In this document: positions 23,025 to 37,404 of the stretch, piece after piece
How positions within the stretch are numbered: the first letter of the stretch is position 1
Layout of the letters: every line of letters starts with the position of its first letter
Made by a program: the position numbers and the translations under genes
Source: Octopus sinensis
Lineage: Eukaryota
NCBI RefSeq assembly: GCF_006345805.1
Contig: NW_021836812.1
Coordinates: forward strand, 1 to 37,473
Reading direction: 5' to 3'
Length of the DNA stretch: 37,473 bases
The notes under the pieces: generated by a model
Told to the model about the DNA's origin: nothing
The model's input: only the letters and a program-made list of their open reading frames with translations
Database searches by the model: none

Positions 23025-23427
23025 CATATATATATGCATATAACACACAATACAGACATCTATTTTAATTTTCAATTAATAAGCATTATTTCTGATGTTT
23101 TATTTACTCAGCTGCAAGTCAGCCCAGACAGACTTAACTATATCCGCTGTTACGTGTAATCCTTCAAAACAGCGTCCATTTAATTTTAAGAGTCTTTCTT
23201 TCTTCCTTTCTCTCTTTCTGTTTCTCTTTCTTTCTTTCTTTCCTTCCTTCCTTTCTGTTAATTCACTAAGGCCCTGCTCGAGAAATATTAACTAATCAAA
23301 ATATAAAAAAGATACGAATTTTGTCAGTGTGTGAATGAAATATGTAACCACACACACACACACACACACCACACACACACACACACACATGCACGCATGT
23401 ATGTATGTATGTATGTATGTATGTACG

Positions 23428-23458
<31 letters not shown>

Positions 23459-23557
23459 GTATGTATATATGTATGTATGTATGTATGTATGCACGTATAT
23501 ATGTATCTTTGTATGTATGTATGTATGTATGTATGTATGTATTATGTATGTATGTAT

Positions 23558-23937
23558 GTGTAGAGTTGTATGTCTTGCTTTTATGTATGTATTCTCATAC
23601 ACATAGTTGCATATCTAGACATGCTCATATATATTTGAATAATAAACTTCTGGAAAGTTTTACAGATTTTTACAGTTCCAGTGATGGATTGGATTTGTAG
23701 TCTTCAAATTAGCTTTCTCCTTTCTGGTTTTGAGAAGCCTAATTTCTCAAGATTGTTATTTAGGCAGTGTGTTACATATCCCAGCGCCCCAGTAATTACA
23801 GGTATTTACCTGAACTTGTAATTTAAATAGAGTAACTGTAGATTTCTCTACTGTTCAGCATAGGTGTTCTCTTCTTCACTGATCTTCAGCTTTATGTTAG
23901 CATCCGCTGGGCAGCTGATTTCCACAACTGTACACAG
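23558..23937 (-). mobile_element. R4-clade RLE retrotransposon 3' fragment between (TATG)n tracts
   Basis: Reverse complement of ~27755-28130. Reads LCTVVEISCPADANIKLKISEEENTYAE. Confidence 0.88.
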
Positions 23938-24435
23938 TGTATGTATGTATGTATGTATGTATGTATGTATGTATGTATGATAGCTACTCAACCTGGAGCG
24001 TCTGATGTCATCCAGTCCGACTAAAGGAACCTTTCCATGAGCTTGCATTTGCTAAAAATTTCAGATCTTCCAGATCTGCATCTCTGTGATCTATTTACAT
24101 ATGTCGGAGATTTCTTCACGATTCTCCGTTATTCAAACCACCAGTCTTCCTCCAGACACATTGATAAAAATAAGGCCACTAAAATGGTTAGCTGTGTATG
24201 AGATTTGAAGACGAAATGCACACCACCCAGTGGTCATATTTATACCCGGCGGCAGCGATGGAGGTTGACTTATATCCTGCTAGCAATATAAACGTGGGTG
24301 CTTATATATATGGACTTCTGGTACACCACAAGTCCATATATGAGGTTCTCTCGTGCAAAATAGCGTCGTATTCTGTATTCTAACACAACATCCAATTTTA
24401 ATTATGGATAAATATTAGTTTTTGATATACATTAT

Positions 24436-24500
<65 letters not shown>

Positions 24501-25109
24501 ACATGCAATATGTGACTGTGCTTGTGTGTATCAAAGTTGCTTTTAATTTATTTAATAATATTTTATTCATATAATTTTCATGTAACTTTCACAAGAATAT
24601 CGCCGGATTCTCTCTTTTTCTTGCTTTTATGAAAGTAAAAAAATTGTTTTTCACACATTTATTCTACATTTTAATTTTTTCTTGCTTATCTTCTCTCGTT
24701 AGGAAACATTAAATATACATTCATATTTATTCTACATTGCGTCTATACAATGTATATATATTGAGATTTTCCAACTAGTAATTAGAGACTTTTTTTAATA
24801 CACACAGTGCAACAGCCCTCTTTCTACTTAATAACATATTAGTCTACTGATTTACAATGTTTTTTTTTTTTTTCTTCATAAATGTTTCGCAGCTTTATCT
24901 CAGTTAAATTATTTTCTTGTTTGCCATTTAATCACTCATTATAAACGGACTGTCAATTCCTAGTTTTATATTTTCCCCTTTCAGTCAATAAAAACCATTA
25001 TTTCTTCCGTTGATCAGCTTCGTTTCAGTCAACAACTAAACCATCTGTTCGCTTTAAATTATTTAGGAACGGCTTTATCCTACACTTTGCAACAAACCGC
25101 ATTTCTCTT

Positions 25110-25137
25110 TAATGATAATAATAATAATAATAATATA

Positions 25138-25220
<83 letters not shown>

Positions 25221-25287
25221 CAATAATAATAATAACAATAATAATGATATATAATAAAATGATAATGATAATGATAATAATAATAGA

Positions 25288-25337
<50 letters not shown>

Positions 25338-25517
25338 TAACAATAATAATGATAATAATAATAATAATAATAATATAATAATAATAATAATAATAAATAG
25401 TATAATGATAATGATAAAAATATATAAGATACGAATAAGAAGAAGAAGAAGAAAAGAAGAAAATAAGAAGACGAAGTAAGAAGAAGAAGAAGAGAAGAAG
25501 AAGAAGAAGAAGAAGAA

Positions 25518-25548
<31 letters not shown>

Positions 25549-25550
25549 AA
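25110..25550. repeat. (TAA)n followed by (GAA)n compound microsatellite
   Basis: Direct reading. Confidence 0.95.
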
Positions 25551-25851
25551 TACTCTAATCAATGGATTTATGTGTTCCTTCCTTGCTTAGAAACATCTTG
25601 TTTCGATTAGGATCTGTTTATTTTATTTTATTGCATTTCCTGCGTAACAACTTGTTTTGTGCCGACTGACTGGTCGCAGTTATTTGTTTATGCTAACGTT
25701 GTACATGCGAATAAATAAAACATATATGTCATTTTACGCATATATATATATGGGAGAGAAAGAGAGAGAGGGGGTATACATTCATTCATACATACATACA
25801 TACATACATACATACATACATACATACATACATACATACATACATACATAC

Positions 25852-25963
25852 GAACAAAAATACCCTGTTGTTGATGTTGAAATTCCAATGAAGGAGCCTT
25901 GGATCTAGGTTAGAAACTGGTTCTGTCTCTATTAGCAAGAAATCTCGAAATAAGCTGAATAAT
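25852..25963 (+). mobile_element. Solo 3'-terminal segment of the TACA-associated R4-like element
   Basis: Near-identical to 28195-28293, with (TACA)n on both sides. Confidence 0.85.
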
Positions 25964-26082
25964 TACATACAGACATACAGACATCCTTACAAACATACAT
26001 ACATACATACATACATACATACATACATACATACATACATACATACATACATACATACATACATACATACATACATACATAC

Positions 26083-26965
26083 TAGAATTGACACGAAGCG
26101 CAGCCTCTCTTGAATACAAGACCACTACATCACATCACACTTTGAAGGCTATGCGTTTGCAATCCAAGAACAGGAGGTTGCCACAAAGTTTCGAGTGAAC
26201 AAGAGAGTGACGTTCTTGTAATCCCAAGGTGCAACCGCATGTGTAGGCTTTGTCATATTTCTGTGGAAGACATTACGCATGTGATTGTCAGCTGTCCTAA
26301 AATGTCATCACGGTACTTCCTCCCTATGCGGCATGATGTTGCTAAAACAATTTACAATGTCATCCGCAAAATAGACAATCCTGAAATAAACTTAGAAAAT
26401 CCCATTGTTATGGAATACATTCATAAACACCAACTCCAGGAATACTGGTGGAATATTCCCATCAAAGCTTCTGTCAGATGTAAGCATAACAGGCCGGGTA
26501 TTGTTGTCTGGGGCAGAGGAGCAAAGGTATGTACCATCATGGAGGTCAGCTGCCCTGCAGATATAAATATCTCTTTGAAAATCAAAAACAAAGAGGATAT
26601 CTATGGGCAACTGCTTCAAAACCTCCAGCTTCTATATCCATATCATATTCATACCAATAATAATTGGAGCACTAGGTTTTGTTAGTAAATGGTTAAAGGA
26701 GAATCTGGATAAACTGGGATTTTCAGAATGAGAAATCGACCATATTCATACATACATATATACATTCATACATACATATATACATACACACAAACATACA
26801 TTATAAGTGTAATCTGTGAGTGGAACTGTAAAAATATGCAAAATTTTTCTCAAGTTCCAAATGTGAATTTTTCTGTGTTAACTACATCCTAAAGATGGAG
26901 CCTTGTATCTCTGCTGGAAACTGGCTCCCTCCTCGGTGGAATATAATAATTAAAATATAATAATA
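26083..26965 (+). mobile_element. R4-clade RLE retrotransposon 3' fragment (second subfamily), pseudogenised
   Basis: SHFEGYAFAIQEQEVATK, CCHC knuckle CRLCHISVEDITHVIVSC, MRHD, RPGIVVW...IMEVSCPAD, IPIIIGALG, SVSGTVKICK. A TACA-like tract interrupts it at 26742-26800. Confidence 0.88.
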
Positions 26966-27116
26966 ATTAAAAAATAGAATATTTTTTTATTATAATAATT
27001 TTAAAAAATAGAAGAGACATACATACAAAGATACATACATACATACATACATACATACATACATACATACATACATACATACATACATACATACATACAT
27101 ACATACATACATACAT

Positions 27117-28293
27117 GAGGCTGATAACATCATAAGACTTGGAAGGCAGCTCCCTGAGCAACACTCTTTGTCTGATAACCTAGAATACATGCCCAAAGAA
27201 GTTGCACGACTCTACTGCAATGTATCATCAGATGAAAGGATGAGTCTGTATGAGCAGAAGACTATGCAGGAATATGTTAGTAGAAAGCTCCGTGATGATA
27301 GTAACATTGATCATCATCAAAGCAGTTTATCATGGACGAATAGCTGGATTTCTATCTCCCACTTCGAAGGATATGCGTTTGCGATCCAGGAACAGGAAAT
27401 ATCAACCAAGAACCTGATGCACAAGAGGGGTAGAAATGCGGAAAAAGCCGTAAAACAGGACAACTGATGCACACTATGTGGAGTTCACACTGAAGATATC
27501 ACCCACATCATGAGCAGTTGTCCGAAAATGTCATCACGGTTTTATCTACTAATGAGACATGTTGTAGCTAGGACACTCTATAATGAAATCCGTGAGGAGG
27601 ATAATCCCGAGTAAAAAGAAATAAGAACCCGCAATATGGTGAAAACCATAGCCACTTATAATTAAAAGGAATTCTGGTGGAATGCACCAGTGAATACCTC
27701 AATAAAATGTAAGCACAGCAAACCTGATATAATGATTTGGGAGAGAGCAGAGAAACTGTGTACAGTTGTGGAAATTAGCTGAAGATCAGTGAAATAAAGC
27801 TGAAGATCAGTGGAAAAAAGAACACCTATGCTGAACTATTGGGAAATCTGCAGTTCCTCTATCCAGATTACAAGTTTATACCTGTAATTATTGGGGCTCT
27901 GGGATATGTAACACACTGCCTAAATACCAATCTTGAGAAATTAGGCTTCTCAAAACCAAAAAGGAGAAAACTAATTCGAAGATAACAGATCCAGTCCATC
28001 AGTGGAACTGTAAAAATATGTAAAACTTTCCAGAAGTTCGTCATTTAAGTACATATGAGCATGTCTAGATATGCAACTATATTCATGAGAATACATGCAG
28101 CAAAAAAAACATACAAATCTGCACATGCATACATACAAACATACATACATACATACATACATACATACATACATACATACATACATACATACATACAAAA
28201 ATACCTTGTCGTTGATGTTGAAATTTTAATGAAAGAGCCTTGGATCTAGGTTAGAAACCGGTTCTTTCTCTACTGGCAAGAAATCTTGAAATA
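27117..28293 (+). mobile_element. R4-clade RLE retrotransposon, 5'-truncated, in (TACA)n
   Basis: SHFEGYAFAIQEQEISTK, CTLCGVHTEDITHIMSSC, KPDIMIW, IPVIIGALG, SISGTVKICKTFQKF, with stops and frameshifts. The 3' UTR contains (TACA)n at 28128-28197. Confidence 0.9.
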
Positions 28294-28554
28294 AACATAC
28301 GAACATACATACAAGCATACTTACAAACAAACATAGAAACATATATACATGCATACAAACACAGAAACAAACATACATAACATACATGCATGCATGCATA
28401 CATATATACATACAAACATACTTACATACAAACATACAAACATACATACATGCATGCATACATATATACATACATACATTCATACATACATATATACATA
28501 CATACAAACATACATACGTACATACATACATACATACATACATACATACATACA

Positions 28555-28588
<34 letters not shown>

Positions 28589-28645
28589 CATACATACAAA
28601 CATAGATACGTACATACATACATGTATACATACACACATACATAT
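28294..28645. repeat. Degenerate (TACA)n microsatellite
   Basis: Direct reading. Confidence 0.92.
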
Positions 28646-29282
28646 ATTATTTCCGTTTTTGATGAGCCTAATCGTCGTCCACGACCAAACCTTGTTTTGG
28701 GTTTTTTGGGGGTTTTTTTCTGTTCTTTTTGTTATTCCGAAACCCCTACATTTTTTTCTTTTAGTCTAATTTCTCTACAGGCTGCAAATAACGGTAAAAA
28801 AATAAGGTTGGTTTTGTTTGTTTGTTTTTTTTTCTCATAAACCCAGTATTTTATTTGGATAGATTAGAAAACGACGGCTTCCGACTTTTCCCTTTTCATA
28901 TAAACTTTCTCCAACTTTTTCTTTATTCTCCTCTCTTCCAATTATCTTCCTTTTTTCTATTTCCTTTCCAAATTCCTCCTATTCTTCTTTATTTTATTCA
29001 TTCGGCTTATTTCACATCATTGGACATTTCTCCCCGTGACAAACACCAATGATTATGATTTTTTCCAGATTCTCCATCCATAGAAGCGAATACTTTCTGA
29101 TGTCTATATTCATTTCTATACATTAGACAACATACAAAGAGATATTAAAACAATTATACATTTGTGAGTCACATCTGTCGTATGATCAGCATCAGCTTCA
29201 TCATTATAAGATTCCATGTTAAATGGAATGTACACAGTCTATTTATGTATTGAATTCTTTCTCCATATTTATAAACTTAACC

Positions 29283-29687
29283 TATTTCTTTACTACCCAC
29301 AAGGGGATCAACACAGAGAGGACAAACAAGGACAGAAAAACGGATTAAGTCGATTACATCGACCGCAGTGCGTAACTGGTACTTAATTTATCGACCCCGA
29401 AAGGATGAAAGGCAAAGTCGACCTCGGCGGAATTTGAACTCGGAACGTAAAGACACACGAAATACCTATTTCTTTATTACCCACAAGGGGCTAAACATAG
29501 AGGGGACAAACATAGGTATTAAGTCGATTACATCGACACCAGTGCGGAACTGGTGCTTAATTTATCGACCCCGAAAGGATGAAAGGCAAAGTCGACCTCG
29601 GCGGAATTTGAACTCGGAACGTAAAGACACACGAAATACCGCTAAGCATTTCGCCCGGCATACTAACGTTTCTTCCAGCTCACCGCA
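29283..29687 (-). mobile_element. SINE family B with tandemly duplicated body and TSD
   Basis: The unit tatttctttactacccacaagggg...aaagacacacgaaatacc occurs twice. TSD tatttataaacttaacc at 29266-29282 and 29711-29727. Confidence 0.9.
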
Positions 29688-30459
29688 TTTATTATAAACT
29701 TTTTATAAACTATTTATAAACTTAACCGTTCTCCAGTCCTTAATATGCACACACGTATCTATATTAATGCTTGTATTTATGTTGTAATAAAAACAATCTT
29801 ACATTAAACTGAAGAACCATTAAATACATTTGTCAGAGGACAGACTTATTCTTTAACAAGGCTAATAATGACAGCGGTTTCAAAGTTTCGATCATTTATG
29901 CCATCATGGAAAAGTGTGTGCATATATAATTTACCTAAAATGTTTTTTAACGTACTGACTAATTGCTAAAATTATTATTATTAATAATCTTACTCTATAT
30001 AATTATTATTAAATTTATAATTCACTCTCTGATCGAGACTGCAGTTTTCTGAGGGATAGGTCTTTTCACACACGTGGATATAAAGGTTAAATATGAATCA
30101 CATTCGACTGTATATCTTTGGAAGTGTGGCTAAATATTAGTCACGCGATGGTGCTTGATAGCGTGCATATTTATTCCAACACATGAAAATTTATATTTGG
30201 ATATTACACTGATGAAAACAAAAGGTAATTATGTTTTACTTTAAGTTCGAAATTAACCGCTGTCGAATTGATTCATCATTTTTCCCTTTTGCCTACATTC
30301 CAAAAAGTGTGTTATTTTCCCGGAGTTTTTATGGTAGTTGAAAAGACATTTCTAATTCAGTACATGGCGATGCAGTTAGCCGATCCCTCATAATTATGTA
30401 TATAATTATAGAATATTTTGTGTGCATATATATATATATATACATACATACATGCTTAC

Positions 30460-30500
<41 letters not shown>

Positions 30501-30837
30501 ATTATATATATATATGAATATAAAGGGTAAAATTATTAAAATAATAAACTTATACAACTTATATATATATATTAATCATTAATGATTAAATCAATCGATT
30601 ACATATATATTAGATAATATATATATATATAATTATATTATATATATTATATTAATCAAAGAGAGTTAGAGGTTGTGGATCCAACCAAGGAATAGTATCT
30701 ATCCCTATTCAAAATACTGCTGGTAATATATCCCATTATTGATAAACAAGTGTTGGTTATTGCGTGACTATTACACAATTGACCGCAACAAATGGGCGAG
30801 GGTAAATAGTGGTTTACCCTTAATTTATACGACACGA

Positions 30838-31287
30838 AGAAAATGGAGGGGATACAGAAATAGTATACATCAACTGTTAGACATTATATTATGTCTATTT
30901 ATTTATTTCAAACAATTATGAGAATATATATACGTATGTAAAGACTGTGTATTACATACACAAGTACATAAGTACCAGTAATTCCTAGAATAGAAAAAGA
31001 AAAAGAACAGTTTCTTACAGCCGTTTCTGCCAAGAGATCACAATACCCCACTACGGAACACTGAAGAGATGGAAATAACATGTGGGGTATTGTGACCTCT
31101 TGGCAGAAACGGCTGAAAGGAACTGTTACGTTTCTTTTTCTATTCTAGGAATTACTGGTACTTATGTATGTAATACACAGTCTTTATATATGTATATATA
31201 TTCGCATAATTGTTAAAATAAACATATAGCTGTAATATAATGTCCAACGGTTGATGTATACTATTTCTGTATCCCTCCATTTTTTCT
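30838..31287. mobile_element. Fold-back element, ~210-bp inverted arms with a 30-nt spacer, next to (TA)n
   Basis: 30838-31051 is the reverse complement of 31082-31287. Spacer tacggaacactgaagagatggaaataacat. Confidence 0.85.
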
Positions 31288-31302
31288 ACTGTATATATAT
31301 AT

Positions 31303-31345
<43 letters not shown>

Positions 31346-32214
31346 ATATATAATAACATTGGGATTTTGACAACCGTTGTTCTTATAAAACCTACATACA
31401 CCTTTGAAAGAATACTAGAACCATTTTAAGAAAGATATCTAATGTAGCTGCTTGGCAAAGTAATTCGCGATTCTGACTTTATTTCCTAATTTATGATTAT
31501 TGTACTGATATTTAATATTTGTCCATGCAAACATAGAATCGCACAGAATATGGGACTTGGCTGTACAGTGTAAAAGAATATACAGGACTTTGAACTTAGA
31601 ACTCTTTTTCATTTCTCAGTGTGACCGCACCCCACTTTTTCTTATTTCTTCCATCCTATTTCCTAAAATTGATACCTTCTAAAGGTCACCAGCCCTTGCG
31701 AGAAAATGTGTTTATTTACAAATATGTTGATAGGTATACAATGGAAAAATAAAAAAGAAAGAAAGAAAAAATGAAAAATACTTTGTAATGAAATTTCAAT
31801 GAATTGGCAATACCAAATTGAAACGACTCCTCGCTTTCTCTCCCCCAGCTCTCTCTCTCTCTCTATCTATCTATCTTAATATCTATCCTTTCCCCAAACT
31901 TTATTATTATTACTTTCTCTCCTCTTTCTTGATTGTCCTGAAACCTTTCCCTCTCTATTCCTCTCAGATTTGCTTCTCTTTATCTTTCTTTCCCTTTATT
32001 CAAAAAAAGCAAAATAAACAATATTCTCCTCTTCAAAACAAAAGGGAAAAACATCCGATTCATATAAATGAAGAACGAAGCGTTCTGTTTTTATAATTTT
32101 GATTTTGTTTTGACGAGTTCGAAAACGAACGAAAGCGCTAATAAAGGATTTTCCAGAATTCTGACTGCCTCCCTTTTCTCAGTATACAATATCTGTGAAC
32201 CATTTCAAACATTC

Positions 32215-32257
32215 TCTACATATACATATACATACATATATAATATATATATATATA

Positions 32258-32292
<35 letters not shown>

Positions 32293-32293
32293 T

Positions 32294-32328
<35 letters not shown>

Positions 32329-32391
32329 TAGATAGATAGATAGATAAGATAGATAGATAGATAGATAGATATGATAGCATTATTATATGTG

Positions 32392-32430
<39 letters not shown>

Positions 32431-33247
32431 ATACATATATATATTTATATATGTATATATATGTATGTATATATATGCACGCATATATATATGCATATAC
32501 ATTTAAATATATATACATATATATATTTGCATCTATATATATACTTATATGTTTGTGTGTTTGTGTGTGTGTACGTGTGTGTGTGTGTGTGTACTGTACG
32601 TCTTTCAAGTATCATCTTGGTTTAATAATATTGCTCAATAATTATTGCTGTTTTCTTGCAATGCTTACAGAGTGTTGCAATATTTCTGCAAATGTTTCGA
32701 AGGTGGTTCAAGTTGAACAATCAAAGCGCGCGCGTGCGCATGTGTGTATGCGTGTGTGTGCTGGGGGAGGGGCGGGGTTTCTCATACAGCCGCTTCCCTC
32801 TTCATTCGCATCCAAACTCGTTAGTCTTTATACTTCTTCCGCGTTATGTCATTCACTTTCACTCTTGTTGCCTCTAATTGTAAATCTATCTATTTATCCG
32901 TGTATTCATCTATCTATATATAGATAGATATCTATCCAACAATCTATCTAGCTCTCCACCTATGACCTTCCTTTCACAATCTCTCAACTTTTAAACCTTT
33001 CATATAAGTAAAACTCATGCATCCGTTTCGCTTTTCATATGTGTGTGTGTATATGTTGCTAGTATATATATATATATATCCCTATATAAGTTTGTAGATG
33101 TAAATTGTGCAGTTGTCTGTATATGTTTATGTATTCTAACTGTATGTAAACACAGCAATGTGTATGTCTGTAAAGATAGATTGTGTGTTATGTATTTTTT
33201 TGCATTGATATATTATCGTTATGCGATGAAAAATGTGTGTGTATGCC

Positions 33248-33290
<43 letters not shown>

Positions 33291-34081
33291 GGTGTTTGTG
33301 TATAATATATATATATATATTATATATATATATATATATATATTTACACATATATATATATGTATGCATGTATATATATATATATACATACATATTCAAA
33401 TATATATTCATTCAAGTTCATACGTATGTATACGCGTACATATATGGTTGTGTGTGTTTGCATACGCACATAAATACACATACATATTATTATACATATG
33501 AATGTGTATTTATTTATGTGTGTATGTAAGTATGTATGTATGTATGTATGTATGTATGTATGTATGTATGTATGTGTGTGTGTATGTATGTATGTATGTA
33601 TATCTTATGATATCTGCATTCATAAGCCGAATATTTCGGTTACTACAACAAGAAAAACTATACATGACGTTGGTATGTTTGTCTGCGTGTATGTATGTGT
33701 TGGGAGTTAGTGGGGGTGTTTGTGTGCGTGTGTACGTGCGTGCTTGTTTGTTTGTTTGTTTGTTTGTTTGTGTAAGTCCTGATGTGTCACGTGGTGTCCA
33801 ATAATCTCTCAGGTCGCTTAAGAAGTAACGAAATGCCATGTCATGCAATAGTAATGAACCGTTCATTAATCCATCTTCTGTTAAAGGAGGTAGAAACATC
33901 GCTGTCCTTCACTGACTCCTCTACACTGACTTCCATTGCATTTCCAGATTTCCTTTGCACTCGACCGGCGTCCAAACTAATCAACCACAAACACTTATAT
34001 ATACATTCAACATACTGCACACATACATGGATGTAGACAACGTTCAACATTCTTACATGCATGTTTATACATGCATACATA

Positions 34082-34117
<36 letters not shown>

Positions 34118-34390
34118 TGTATGTATGTATGTATTAAATATATATATATGTATGTATGTTTGTATATATATGTATATATATATACACACACAATATGTAT
34201 ATACATATGTATGTATATATACAAACGTAGGTACAACATATGTTATACATGCGTGTATTTAGTTTCTAGGTTCGTTTTTGAAGTAGTCATGAATGCATAT
34301 GTGTGTGCGTGCGTGCTTATATATGTATATATATGTATGTATATGTATGTATATATATATATATGTGTGTGTGTGTATATATATATATAG

Positions 34391-34442
<52 letters not shown>

Positions 34443-34940
34443 AAATATATATGTAAATATATTTTAATATATGCATACCAGTATGTATGTAGGTATGTCA
34501 GTGTGCATGCGTGAGTACATGTAAGAATCGAGTGCGTTTCTACGTCGGCATATTTGTTTCCTCTTTCGAAATGTCTTCCTCCCCGTTACTTGAATGCTTT
34601 TTCTTTCATTTTTCTCAAATATAAACTTAGGACTTTTCTAGAAAGCTATACATTCATATAACCAAATATGTATATAGATATACACACATAAATATATGAA
34701 TACATATATGTATATGTATGTGTCACATATATATGTATGAGAGAGGGAGAAAATGAGAAAGAGAGAGGCATATTTATGGGAAGATACAGGGTATAAGACC
34801 ACAAAGTACCAGAAGTTGAGTTTGGAACTTGATGCCATAAAATTAGATCATGCAAGACATCTTAGAAGTTAAAAGAAGGAAATATTAAAAATTTTACAAG
34901 AACATACTTGCATACATACATACATACATACATACATACA

Positions 34941-34976
<36 letters not shown>

Positions 34977-35312
34977 TATATATACACATATATATACATA
35001 TAATATATATATATACGTACATATATATATAAATATATACATATATATATACATATATATCCACACATATATACATATATACATATATATGTATATATAC
35101 AAAATAGATATATATGTATAAATGTATATACTTATATGTATATAATATTATATATATATATATATATATACATATAATATATACATATATACATATATAT
35201 GTATATATTATACATAGATCTAAAATATATATATACACATATATATAAATATATATATATACATATATATATACATATATATATAAAATATAAATATATA
35301 TATATATATAAA

Positions 35313-35350
<38 letters not shown>

Positions 35351-35390
35351 TTATATTATATATATATATATATATAATATATATACATGA
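32215..35390. repeat. Field of compound TA/TG/TATG/GA/GATA microsatellites with short unique islands
   Basis: Direct reading. All ORF-track entries here are low-complexity, apart from the 33780-33995 island. Confidence 0.85.
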
Positions 35391-35786
35391 AAACGTTTCT
35401 TTTATTGAAATATTGAAGACGATAAGAAAAAAGAAAACACGGGAAAAGGCTGAAGAAGAGCTGTGGTGTCTTTAGTTTTCGATGTTGATGTTATGTATTT
35501 CTGAATAAAATTAGAAAATAAATCGATCAGAGTTCAAATCGTGAAATAGCCAATCACCGTAAAGATATTCCTTTGGGTGGTTCTTTCGTTTGTACTTTCT
35601 TCAATCTGTTCTAATCGGTGTACGCGGAGGAGGAGTGGAAGAAGTAGATAGGTATGCATGTAGTACCTACACACTTGCACACATATATTAATGCTTGCGT
35701 ATTATATATATGTATGTATGTATGTATATGTATGTGTATGTATATGTATATACATATATATATATATTAGATAAAATATATATATA

Positions 35787-35824
<38 letters not shown>

Positions 35825-36852
35825 ACATATATATATAGAGAGGAGAGAGATAGATATATATTTATATATGTATGTATATGTATATGTATAAACTATTACA
35901 TATATTTATATAGAAAGAGAGTGGGGAGACAGGCAGACAGACAGATAGACAAACAGAGGAGAAGTGAAAGTGGAAAGAAAATGAATTAATGAACGTTTGT
36001 TTGAGAGACTTTAAGATTCTGTCTCTCTCCACACAGATATATGCACATACATACACACACACACGTATATGTGGTGGAGCGGGGTTAGAGAGAGAAGGGG
36101 TGCGGCAGATGTAAAGTTTAAAAGTGAAAGTGAAAGTGAAAGATAAAATGAGAAAGACAATGAAAGTGGAGATTAGAGAGCTTAAGATAAGGGAGATAAA
36201 TGTGAAAGAAGAGAGAGAGGGAAAATAGAGAAGATGCTGAAGAAATACAGAGAAGTGAGAGAGAGAGTAAAGGTAAATGGGTAGAGAAAAATATTGATTA
36301 AAAAGTAAAATGAGAGAGGAGAAAGATTAGAGAGGGGAGGGGTAGAAATGAAGGTAGAAAATGTGAGATCAAAATTGATAAGAGAGAAAAGAGAAATTTT
36401 TTAATGAGCAAAGTAGGTAAAAGGAGAAACTATTAAGGGTTGTAGAGAAAGATTGCGGAAAAATGGAGGAAAATAGAAATTTAGGCCCAAAGGAAAAAAA
36501 AAAGAGGAAGAAACTTTTGTAACAATCAGATGTTTAACAGAGCATGAAATATGCATAAGTTTCCTTATTTTTGTGAGAATTATCAGAAATATGAATTTTG
36601 GAATCTTGGAAGTCAACGAAGCGAAAGAATTTAAGCTGACTTTTCACTTACTTTCTGATACTTTATAAAACAAAAGAACAAATGGAGGGGAAAAAAGTAG
36701 ATATAAAAGATGGCGGGGCAGGGGGAGAAGGGTTGAACAGGAAGAGCGTGGGTTGGGGGGACGAGATGGGTTGAGGTGAGGCTTGGAGGAACACAGAGAG
36801 AGACACTTAAACAGAGAAAACATCCACATAAAATAAAATAGATTTCAAAAGA

Positions 36853-36890
<38 letters not shown>

Positions 36891-36927
36891 TGATAATAAT
36901 AACAACAACAACAACAACAACAACAGC

Positions 36928-36999
<72 letters not shown>

Positions 37000-37050
37000 C
37001 ACAACAGCAACAATAATAGCAATGGTTATTATTATTATTATTATTTTTAA
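36853..37050. repeat. (TAA)n/(CAA)n microsatellite
   Basis: Direct reading. Confidence 0.95.
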
Positions 37051-37372
37051 TATTATGTTGTTGCTGCGTGGGGTGACGGGCGGGGTGGGGCACATATTAG
37101 TTATAAGGGAGGCAAACACACTCCTGTTTATACACATCTGTTTTCAAACTAGAAAGACGAAAGAAAGACCAGTGAGAGTTCAAAAGTGAGTGTCACTATC
37201 CGTCTATGTATGTGTGTGTGTGTGTGTGTATTTATTTATGTGTGTGTGTATGTATGTATGCAGTGACGTGTGTATACGTAGATATAAATATTTATGCATA
37301 CATTTTTATTCAAAACTACGTACATGTATACATTATGTGTATATATATATATATATGATTTTATACATAATG

Positions 37373-37404
<32 letters not shown>

